A stretch of 64,000 bases of DNA from NCBI GenBank assembly GCA_050633305.1, contig JBOEGF010000005.1:427372-491371 (forward strand), read 5' to 3'. The notes beneath the pieces are model-generated. The model was not told where the DNA came from, did not search any database, and was given only the letters and a program-made list of their open reading frames with translations. A program made the position numbers and the translations under genes. Within the stretch, counting starts at the first letter, position 1. Each line of letters begins with the position of its first letter. This DNA is from Nannocystales bacterium (GTDB lineage Bacteria; Myxococcota_A; Polyangia; Nannocystales; Nannocystaceae). Shown here piece after piece: positions 56,281 through 64,000 of this stretch.

Positions 56281-57608
56281 TGGCGTTGGTCGACCACGCC
56301 CAGGAGTGGCTGACGAAGGTGGCGGCGGACTGTGCCGCCCAAGAGCAACCGTTTGCCTGCGCGTCGCGCCCCGCCGACCCGGTGCAGACGCTGTATTGGG
56401 GCGCACACCGCTTCGGGCCCGACACGTTGGCATCGATGCACGCTGAGGCTCGCTCCGCGTTCAAACGGTATGCCGCTGACCCCAGCGACCTTGCCGAAGC
56501 GTTGGACATCGCCGAGCCCGCTTTGGCCGCCCGCGTGCATCGTCGCGTGGCACAGAAGCTGGACCGTGAGCCGATCGAGGACATCCGTCTGGACTTCGAG
56601 GACGGCTACGGCAAGCGTGAAGACCCCGAAGAAGATGCCCACGCCGACGCTTGCGGACGTGCGGTGCTGGCCGCCCACGTGGCAGGGACGTTGCCTCGCC
56701 GATACGGCATCCGCATCAAGGCTCTGACCGCGGAACTCGGGACCCGCAGTCTCCGAACGCTGGAGCGCTTCGTTCTTGCGGCAGGCGGCCGCGAGATGCC
56801 GCCGGGTTTCGTGGTCACGCTGCCCAAGGTCACGGTCGTGGCTCAGGTGGAGGCGATCACGGACCTGCTCGGGGCACTCGAGACCGACGTTGGCCTACCG
56901 CCGGGAAGCATCGGGTTGGAGTTCATGCTCGAGGTGCCGCAGGCGGTGTTCGACGGACAAGGGCGCCTGCTCCTGCCGCGGCTCCTCGCGGCAGGTGGGG
57001 AGCGTCTGCTCGGCATTCATCTCGGTGTCTACGACTACACGGCGGCGCACGAGATCGTCGCGCTGCATCAGGCGATGGACCACCCCGCCTGCGATCTGAT
57101 CCGCGGACTGATGCGCATGGCATACAGCGGGTCGGGGCGAACGCTCTCCGCGGGCTCAACCAATGTCTTGCCGCGGGAGCCCCACCCGATCGCGGCGACC
57201 CAGGCGCATGTCGAGGAAAACCGAGCTGCTGTCCATGGCGGTTGGAGACTGGCCCATGATCAGATTCGCCACACGCTCGTGCGCGGCTACTACCACGGGT
57301 GGGACCTGGACCCGTTGCAGCTCCCCGCACGCTACGCGGCGTGTTACCGCTTCTACCTTGAGGGGCATGCTGCAGCTGCCGGACGATTGAGCAGCTACAT
57401 CGCGCAAGCCACGGCGGCGACCGAAGGGGCGGGTGTTCTCGATGATGTGGCGACCGGGCAGGCGTTGCTCAACATCTTCGTTCGGGGCCGGGCCTGCGGG
57501 GCGTTCGACGCACAAGAAGTCGCGGCTGCTGGTGTCAGCGATGCGGACCTCGACGATGGTTCGTTCGCCCGCCTCCTTGCGCGCCGGTCGGCCGCCGGGG
57601 GTGCGTGA
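56280..57608 (+). CDS. HpcH/HpaI aldolase-citrate lyase-like TIM-barrel protein (DUF6986-like)
   Basis: IEDIRLDFEDGYG, GIRIK, VTLPKV, LEVPQ, HLGVYDYTA, GSTNVLP, GWDL; TGATG coupling to uraH. Confidence 0.75.
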   Translation: MALVDHAQEWLTKVAADCAAQEQPFACASRPADPVQTLYWGAHRFGPDTLASMHAEARSAFKRYAADPSDLAEALDIAEPALAARVHRRVAQKLDREPIEDIRLDFEDGYGKREDPEEDAHADACGRAVLAAHVAGTLPRRYGIRIKALTAELGTRSLRTLERFVLAAGGREMPPGFVVTLPKVTVVAQVEAITDLLGALETDVGLPPGSIGLEFMLEVPQAVFDGQGRLLLPRLLAAGGERLLGIHLGVYDYTAAHEIVALHQAMDHPACDLIRGLMRMAYSGSGRTLSAGSTNVLPREPHPIAATQAHVEENRAAVHGGWRLAHDQIRHTLVRGYYHGWDLDPLQLPARYAACYRFYLEGHAAAAGRLSSYIAQATAATEGAGVLDDVATGQALLNIFVRGRACGAFDAQEVAAAGVSDADLDDGSFARLLARRSAAGGA

Positions 57609-57680
57609 GTCGGCACGTGGGAGGTCGCAGCCGTAAAAACAAGAGTCCCCGCGGTTGTGCGCCATACTGCGGGGGCGAAC

Positions 57681-57914
57681 ATGGAGCGAGAACATCCCAA
57701 CGACCCGCTGCATGGCGTCACGCTCAAGACGCTCCTCGAGAAGCTCGTGGCGCGCCACGGTTGGCCGGGGCTTGCGGCCCGGGTTGAGATTCGCTGCTTC
57801 AGCAGCAACCCCAGCATCAAGTCGAGCCTCATCTTCTTGCGGCGCAACCGTTGGGCTCGGGACCTGGTCGAGCAACTCTATCTCGAGGATATCTCCAAGC
57901 CTGCCGAGGCGTAG
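57681..57914 (+). CDS. VF530/DUF2132 family DNA-binding protein
   Basis: PNDPLHGVTL, GW..L...V.IRCF..NPSIKSSL.FLR...WAR..VE.LY. Confidence 0.9.
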   Translation: MEREHPNDPLHGVTLKTLLEKLVARHGWPGLAARVEIRCFSSNPSIKSSLIFLRRNRWARDLVEQLYLEDISKPAEA

Positions 57915-57986
57915 GCCGCGACCGGCGGGCCGTACCATCCGAGCCTGTCCTGCCGGACTTTCGAGTCGCCATGATATGACGATCGC

Positions 57987-59633
57987 ATGGCGAGGTCTGT
58001 GGCTCCCGTTTCGCTCTTCTCCGGCCTTCTAGCGTTCGCATTCGCGGCCTCGGGTTGCTACGAGGAATCGCCTGCGGGGGTCGGGACTGACGGCTTGGAT
58101 ACCGATGGGGCCACGACGGGCGGCGGGACGGGAACGACAACAGCCTCCTCAGAGACCGATGCCACAGACGCGGTCGACAGCAGCGGAACGGAATCGGGGG
58201 CGTCTCCTGTGGGTGCCGAGGCAGCGCGAATGCTGCTCGAGCCGCTGGTCGCCGCGCAGTGTGAGAGCACGTTCTCGTGCTGTGATGCGGACGAGATCGC
58301 ATATCGGCTTGGGTCCGCAGTGGTGGATGCCGCAGACTGCACCGAGCGCACCCTGGATATCCTGGAGGCGGGCGGGAACCCCCCGTACCTTCAGTCCGGG
58401 TCGCTCTATCTCGGAGGCCTCCTCGGTTTCTTCGCCTACGGGATCGACCCTTCGGTCGTGGAGGTCGACGAAGAGGCGATCGCGAGTTGCGTCGCTGCAC
58501 TGGCCGCGAAACCATGTGCTCCCTCGACCGCAGCGGGACAGAGCTGCACGCCTGTCGAGGACCCGTATCTCGACCAGTGCGACCTCAGAACGCTCTTCAT
58601 CGGGACGAAGGCGGTCGGGGAGAGCTGCGCGAGCTACAGCGGGCTGGAGTGTGCGCCGGGGCTTCAGTGCGACTTTTTTGGGGGTACCGGTGGCGTCTGC
58701 GTTCAAACGCTGAGCGAGGGCGACAGCTGCTTCGCGGACCACCACTGTTCGGCGAACCTGATCTGTGACTACGCGAGCGGGCAGTGCAGCGTCCCCGCCG
58801 AGGCGGGGGAGGACTGCGCATTCGCGAACCCCGAAAACCCGGTGGCCGGGACCGAGACGACGCGCTGTCGATCGGGCTTGGCATGCAATCCTCTGTCGGG
58901 GACGTGCGGCGCCCCTGAATGCAACTTTGGCGACTACTGCAGCGACGACGACACGGCCTGCCCCCAGGGGTTGGCGTGTGTCGCGGGACGGTGTGACCTG
59001 CTAGGGGTTGAAGGGGACCGTTGCTACGAAGACGAGGACTGTGCCCAAGGACGCTGCGCCTACCTGGAAGGGACGTCGTTGTGTCAGAATCTCATCCCCG
59101 TGGGGGGCGGCTGCGTCGACGACTCGGACTGTACGTCAAGCTTCTGCGACCCCACAGGCTCGGAGTGCGCCCCTCAGGTTGCAATCGGAGCACCTTGCGA
59201 CGGGGGACTTCCCGACGACCAATGCGATGGTGGGTATTGCGATGGCGTGAGCTGCGTTGCGTTCACCCCTGTCGGAGGCGACTGTAGTGTGTCGGTGTGC
59301 AACCACATCGCTGGAGAGCAGTGTTGGGAAGACACGTGTCAGCCGTTCCCGCTTCCCGAGGGACAAACGTGCACCGGTGATTTCCAGTGCGAGAGCGACT
59401 CTTGTGATGTGACCTGTCAGCCCCCGCCGGGGATCGGCGACGACTGCCTGCCCGACGGATGTGTGGAGGGGGCGTTCTGCAACGCCGTCACCGACGGCGT
59501 GTGCGAAGCGAAGCGGGGCTGGGGAGCCCTGTGTTCAACCAGTATCCAGTGTTGGGGAAACTGTGACAGCGTCTTCGGTGAGCTCCGCTGTGAGGGGCAT
59601 GCCCCCGGCGAAGCTCTGTGCGACGGGGCCTGA
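57987..59633 (+). CDS. Cys-rich stalked lipoprotein with many Dickkopf-like G..C....C..GL.C repeats
   Basis: ASGC lipobox, Thr/Gly stalk, repeated Cys modules. Confidence 0.8.
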   Translation: MARSVAPVSLFSGLLAFAFAASGCYEESPAGVGTDGLDTDGATTGGGTGTTTASSETDATDAVDSSGTESGASPVGAEAARMLLEPLVAAQCESTFSCCDADEIAYRLGSAVVDAADCTERTLDILEAGGNPPYLQSGSLYLGGLLGFFAYGIDPSVVEVDEEAIASCVAALAAKPCAPSTAAGQSCTPVEDPYLDQCDLRTLFIGTKAVGESCASYSGLECAPGLQCDFFGGTGGVCVQTLSEGDSCFADHHCSANLICDYASGQCSVPAEAGEDCAFANPENPVAGTETTRCRSGLACNPLSGTCGAPECNFGDYCSDDDTACPQGLACVAGRCDLLGVEGDRCYEDEDCAQGRCAYLEGTSLCQNLIPVGGGCVDDSDCTSSFCDPTGSECAPQVAIGAPCDGGLPDDQCDGGYCDGVSCVAFTPVGGDCSVSVCNHIAGEQCWEDTCQPFPLPEGQTCTGDFQCESDSCDVTCQPPPGIGDDCLPDGCVEGAFCNAVTDGVCEAKRGWGALCSTSIQCWGNCDSVFGELRCEGHAPGEALCDGA

Positions 59634-59722
59634 GCCTGTCGACGGGCTCGTCCCCAAGCCGTGGCACACGAGTTGTCCGGACCCCGGGCGCCCGCCTCGG
59701 CGGGGCACTTGGGAACACGACC

Positions 59723-60901
59723 TCAGCCTCGCGGCGTTCCGAGGATGCCGATGGCGTCGATGTACCAACCCCCCGACGCGTCCTGGTTGTCGCTGCCGAA
59801 GACGAACCGGATGTAGAAGGTGTCCTCGCCCGCGTAGTCGGTGATGTCGAACACGGCATCGACCCAGGTTTGCTCCGCCGGGTCGAAGGTCGAGAACGCA
59901 GGGTTGCCTGCGATGGGAGGATGGCTGGCAGCGACAGTTGCGCTGTAGAAGGAACCGGATACGGGCTCAATCGTGGTCCAGGACGACTCTTCGTCGGGGC
60001 TGGCGGTCGCGATCTGCACGATGCCCCCGTCGCCGACCCCGAAGCTGAACCAGTGGGTCAACGTCATCATGACGTCCTGGTCCGTGCATCCGCCCAGGTC
60101 GATTGCCGGTGATGCGAAGTACCCACTTTCGTTGCCCGGGTAGGGCCCCGAGAGGCTGGTGGCCCATTTGCGACTCGGTCCGAAACCGGGCCCGCCTTCG
60201 TAACCGTTGGGTGCGCCGCACTCCCAGCTCGTCGCCGCGGCAGCGTCTGTGGTGCGCCCTGTGCTCCAGCCCCCGGGACAGTCTGCGGTGGCGAAATCGA
60301 AGTTGTAGCCACACTCGTTGCAGTCGCTGGTGTCGAGCTGGCAGTCGTTTCCGCAGCTGACCTCGCCCAGACCCAGGCCGAGTTCGGGGCACGAGGTCTC
60401 GATGTCGAATCCGTCCTCACAGGTCTCGTTGCCGTTGAGATACCCGTCTCCACAGTAGAAACACGATGACGTGTCGTATCTGCATGAGCTTCCGTTACAC
60501 AGCAGAACGCCGCCGGTCACCACGCCGGGGAGGTCCGGGTTGAGCGCGACACAGCCGATGCCACCGAGTTCTTTTTCGGCGCAGACGTTGCCTTCTCCGC
60601 AGTCACAGTCTTCCTGGCCTTGGATGACGCCGTCGCCACACAGTGCGCCGCCATTGCCCGTGCTCTCCTGGCCATCACTGGTGTCGTCCCCTGCCACCGA
60701 CGTGCTTCCCGTGTCATCGCTGAGGGGGGTGGTGTCGTCCTCAGGAACCTCGGGTCCCGAGGTTGGCGGGCTGGTCGTCATGCCTTGGGTGACGGCCTGC
60801 TCGTCGTCTCCCTCGACACGAAGCGTTTGCGTGCAGCCGGCCGACGCACCGGACACCAAGAGCGCGACGCTGAGGACGAGACCTTGTCTGGGGTCCAACA
60901 T
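59723..60901 (-). CDS. Stalked lipoprotein with Cys-rich repeats and C-terminal jelly-roll (MAM/immune-inhibitor-like) domain
   Basis: SAGC lipobox; CGDG....E.CD; WECGAP, SPAIDL, DGGIVQI, IRFVFGSD...GWYID. Confidence 0.75.
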   Translation of the reverse strand: MLDPRQGLVLSVALLVSGASAGCTQTLRVEGDDEQAVTQGMTTSPPTSGPEVPEDDTTPLSDDTGSTSVAGDDTSDGQESTGNGGALCGDGVIQGQEDCDCGEGNVCAEKELGGIGCVALNPDLPGVVTGGVLLCNGSSCRYDTSSCFYCGDGYLNGNETCEDGFDIETSCPELGLGLGEVSCGNDCQLDTSDCNECGYNFDFATADCPGGWSTGRTTDAAAATSWECGAPNGYEGGPGFGPSRKWATSLSGPYPGNESGYFASPAIDLGGCTDQDVMMTLTHWFSFGVGDGGIVQIATASPDEESSWTTIEPVSGSFYSATVAASHPPIAGNPAFSTFDPAEQTWVDAVFDITDYAGEDTFYIRFVFGSDNQDASGGWYIDAIGILGTPRG

Positions 60902-60954
60902 CGGCGGAAGGTAACACCGGTGCTGCCCGGTGGCGGGGCAGCTGCCTCACGCGC

Positions 60955-60985
60955 AAAAAAACGGGCGCCCAGAATGGGGCGCCCG
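60955..60985 (-). terminator. Rho-independent terminator of the VWA gene
   Basis: On the minus strand cgggcgccc-cattct-gggcgcccg followed by T7. Confidence 0.85.
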
Positions 60986-61018
60986 CACAGGTGACGGACA
61001 ACGAATGGAAGCTGTGAG

Positions 61019-62953
61019 CTACTGCCGTTTGGCCAGTGTGGGATTGCTCTTGTCGATGTTCTTGGCCTTCTTGACCAGGGCGAGGAACGCTTTGCGGTGA
61101 CCGTGGGGGTCGGCGCCCAGGGACTCGCCAGCGAGCTTGAGAACCTCGTCGTAGCTGGCGGACCCCTTGTGCTTGCTGTGGCGGAGGATCATTCCGAACT
61201 GCGCCACAGCGGCCGCGAAGCGATAGTCCTTGGTCGTATTGCGAAGGCCCCGATCGTCGCCGGAGACGGGCAGGCTGATGAGCTTGCTCTTGTCGCCGTC
61301 CGGCTTCTTGTAGCGGACCTTCACGGTGAGCAACTCGCCGGACTTCGCCGCGGCGGAGAGCTCGGACTTGTCCTGATATTTGAGTTTGTCGGTGGTGCTC
61401 TTGGACTTGGCGCCCTTGGGCGTGACCTCGTACAGCGCCGTCACGGAGTGGCCAGCACCGATCTCGCCCGCATCCTTGGTGTCGTCGTTGAAGTCGGCGT
61501 GCGCGAGTTTCCGGTTCTCGTAGCCGATCAGGCGATAGTCCTCGACCTCGGCCGGGTTGAACTCGACTTGAATCTTCACATCCTTGGCGATGGTGACGAG
61601 CGTGCCGCCGGCCTCCTCGACCAGGACTTTGCGGGCCTCCGCCTTGTTGTCGATGTAGGCGTAGTTGCCGTTGCCTTTGTCGGCCAGCATCTCCATCGTG
61701 GAGTCCTGCATGTTGCCGGTCCCGAACCCGAGCACCGACAAGAAGACGCCGCTCTTGCGCTTGTCCTCGATGAGCTCGACCAGTTCGGTGCGGTTGGTGA
61801 CGCCCACGTTGAAGTCGCCGTCGGTCGCGAGAATGACGCGGTTGATGCCACCCTTCTCGAAGTTCTTGCTCGCCATCTTATAGGCGAGCTTGATGCCGTC
61901 GCCGCCGTTGGTGGAGCCACCGGCCTCGAGCCGTTGGAGCGCCTCCATGATCCGGGGCTTGTCGCTCCCCATCGTGGGCTGCAGGACAACGCCGGAGGCG
62001 CCCGCGTAAACGACGATCGAGACGCGGTCGTTGTCGCGGAGGTTGTTGACCAACATGCCCAGGCCCTGCTTGAGCAGCGGCAGCTTGTCTGGGTCGTTCA
62101 TCGAGCCGGAGACATCGAGCAAGAAGACGAGGTTGCGAGCACCGACCTCGCTCATGTCGATACGCTGTCCTTGAAGACCGACCGAGACGAGCAAGGAGTC
62201 CTCGTTCCAGGGGGTTCCGCTGACCTCGGTGTTGATCGAGAAGGGGCCGGTGCCGATCGGACTCTCGTAGTTGTACGAGAAGTAGTTGATCATCTCCTCG
62301 ACCCGGACCGCTTCGGGTGGGGGCATGGAGCCGCCTTCGAGGTGCCGACGGATGTTCGAGTAGCTGGCGGTGTCGACGTCGATCGAGAACGTCGAGCGTG
62401 GATCATCGGCGACCGCGATGAAGTCGTTCTCCTGGACGAGGTCGTACTCCTCGCCGGAGGTTTCCGTTGGCTTAGCTTCGGTTTTGGATTTCGGTCTGGG
62501 TTTCGCGGGGGGAGGAGGTGGCTCGGCCCGCCGACCAGGCGCTCGGCGACTGGCCGGCGCGGCTCGCTTACGCGCGGACTTCTTGCCAAGGGTCACTCCC
62601 GCACTTCCCGAGGCGATCAGCCCCTTCGACTTCTCCGCGGGCGGGGCTGCGCTCGGTAGTTCGGGCTCTGGCATCGCGACCTCGTCAGCAGCAGGCACTT
62701 CCTCCTCTTCCATGAGCCGTTCGCCCGGATCTCCGCCGTAGCGGCCATCGCCGTCCGCCGCGTCGGCTGTCTTGACCGCGGCCGCGTACTTGTCGTCGTC
62801 CGCCTCGCCGGACTGGGCGGCTCCGTCTTTCGCCATCTGCTCGAGGGGTGCAGGCGCGGACTCTTCGGCCGGGCTGTCACAGGCTCCGAGCGCCGTTGTG
62901 CCGCAAAGAAGGACCATCACGCTCACCTTGGAAATACCGTTGATTCGTCGCAT
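61019..62953 (-). CDS. VWA domain lipoprotein (YfbK-like: vWF_A + VWA + DUF3520)
   Basis: STFSIDVDTASY, VRVEEMINYF, MIDAS DVSGS, ATDGDFNVG, YRLIGYENR, DAGEIGAGH. Confidence 0.92.
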   Translation of the reverse strand: MRRINGISKVSVMVLLCGTTALGACDSPAEESAPAPLEQMAKDGAAQSGEADDDKYAAAVKTADAADGDGRYGGDPGERLMEEEEVPAADEVAMPEPELPSAAPPAEKSKGLIASGSAGVTLGKKSARKRAAPASRRAPGRRAEPPPPPAKPRPKSKTEAKPTETSGEEYDLVQENDFIAVADDPRSTFSIDVDTASYSNIRRHLEGGSMPPPEAVRVEEMINYFSYNYESPIGTGPFSINTEVSGTPWNEDSLLVSVGLQGQRIDMSEVGARNLVFLLDVSGSMNDPDKLPLLKQGLGMLVNNLRDNDRVSIVVYAGASGVVLQPTMGSDKPRIMEALQRLEAGGSTNGGDGIKLAYKMASKNFEKGGINRVILATDGDFNVGVTNRTELVELIEDKRKSGVFLSVLGFGTGNMQDSTMEMLADKGNGNYAYIDNKAEARKVLVEEAGGTLVTIAKDVKIQVEFNPAEVEDYRLIGYENRKLAHADFNDDTKDAGEIGAGHSVTALYEVTPKGAKSKSTTDKLKYQDKSELSAAAKSGELLTVKVRYKKPDGDKSKLISLPVSGDDRGLRNTTKDYRFAAAVAQFGMILRHSKHKGSASYDEVLKLAGESLGADPHGHRKAFLALVKKAKNIDKSNPTLAKRQ

Positions 62954-63188
62954 CGTCTTTTTCCCCGTTCGCCGTTTCGCGGCTCGGGAACTGGCAACGC
63001 GAACCTCTGGTCATGGGTCTACGCCGGTGCGAAAAAAACTACAGATGCTCGTTCCATGACAATCGTCGTCGCGGGACTCGCGCGACTCGTGAGGACGTCC
63101 GTCGGCTCCGGTGGGAACCAACAAGAGCGCCCGGAGCAGGGCTCCGGGCGCGCTGGCCGCGATCTCCTCGCGGCTCACTCAGGCCTGC

Positions 63189-64000
63189 CTAGTCGGCAAC
63201 CCAAGTGAGTGCCGCGTCGAACAACGTCTGTCCGTCAGCGAGGATCGACACCGCTCCCGCGGCCTGGTCGGCATCGAATCCGAGACCCACGCGGCGCCGC
63301 GGAGCCGGGAACCCGCCCAGCATCGCCGCACCTTGTTCGAACGTGAAGTAGACGACGTCGTCGGACTCGCCCTCCACACTTGCGATGGAGTCAGCCGCTG
63401 CGGGCGGCTGTGTGAAGAACAACCCTGAGCCACCGCCGCTGATCACGGAGTGCGTTGCGGCAAGGCCTCCTGCCCTCGGATCACCCACCGCGAGAATGTC
63501 GACGTTGCCGTCGACAGTTGTCGCTCCCGCGTTCGACATGCTCATGTCGTCCCAGATGAATCCCTCCAAGACGATGGCCGGCACGAGTGCATTCTCGAAC
63601 GTTCCGGCGATGTCGTTGGATTGAGCGGTCTCCGAGATCACGATGACCGTGAACCCGTTGGCGTCCGAGAGCTCGGCAGCCGTGTCGGACACGTACGTGA
63701 TGTCGTAGCCCTGGTTGTCGAGGACGGAGGCCAGGCTCTGGTCATACGAGTCGTTTCCAGTCCCGTCTTGGGTGACGACCAGTGCGCAAGGAGGTTCGCC
63801 GTCCTCGTCACAGTCGCTCCCCGGTGTGACGCCCCCCGGTGGGGTGTCGTCACCCCAGCCATCGTCATCCGCATCCTTCATGCACGCGTCGGCGGGGTCT
63901 TCGTTCTCTGCAGCACCCGGGTATGCACTGGCCGCATCCGCGGAGTCGTCGTCACAGTCTGAGCCCGCGACCACACCTGGATCGGAGGGGTCGTCGTCGC
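63189..64000 (-). CDS. Partial exported protein with DCDD/DADxDGWGD acidic Cys repeats (5' end outside window)
   Basis: GSDCDDD...YPGAAE...CMKDADDDGWGD...GSDCDED; frame open to the window edge. Confidence 0.7.
   Translation of the reverse strand, partial: DDDPSDPGVVAGSDCDDDSADAASAYPGAAENEDPADACMKDADDDGWGDDTPPGGVTPGSDCDEDGEPPCALVVTQDGTGNDSYDQSLASVLDNQGYDITYVSDTAAELSDANGFTVIVISETAQSNDIAGTFENALVPAIVLEGFIWDDMSMSNAGATTVDGNVDILAVGDPRAGGLAATHSVISGGGSGLFFTQPPAAADSIASVEGESDDVVYFTFEQGAAMLGGFPAPRRRVGLGFDADQAAGAVSILADGQTLFDAALTWVAD

Noticed and set aside
59662..59676. Sigma54-like TGGCAC-N5-TTGT
   Set aside because: Lies between convergent gene ends and points antisense into a CDS; -12 element imperfect
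61097..62659. 520-aa plus-strand ORF
   Set aside because: Antisense shadow of the VWA lipoprotein

Overview
High-GC bacterial chromosomal window, most likely Myxococcota (Nannocystaceae-like). This is inferred from the many Ser/Thr-stalked Cys-rich lipoproteins, Hanks kinases, and PEGA and TIGR02996 proteins. About 50 CDSs can be supported; no rRNA, tRNA, CRISPR array, transposase or integrase was seen. Housekeeping and metabolic genes: oligoendopeptidase F, ACE-like M2 peptidase, L,D-transpeptidase, pyrB, triple FKBP, gltB divergent from amtB-glnK, yaaA, 1-Cys peroxiredoxin, and a urate/allantoin cluster (hpyO, allB remnant, alc, uraD, uraH). Best candidate for an undescribed system: a five-gene minus-strand operon (12732 to 7582) that looks like an orphan T6SS-type cargo module. 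It encodes a TTR-like spike-extension protein, a LysM/TTR/PG-binding protein, a duplicated adaptor-like protein, a 770-aa flavoprotein-fold + helix-hairpin-helix putative effector, and a TIGR02996 putative immunity protein. Other notable items: a secreted thermonuclease + Ca-repeat lipoprotein + outer-membrane barrel operon; an in-frame 'telescoped' allantoinase; an sqr/dsrE deletion chimera; a PII lacking Q39/Y51/K58 with a GTA-N8-TAC palindrome upstream; a pseudokinase; ~55-bp inverted repeats around two lipoprotein genes; and a window-wide leaderless-promoter signature. All family calls come from motif recognition by eye; no database searches were run.
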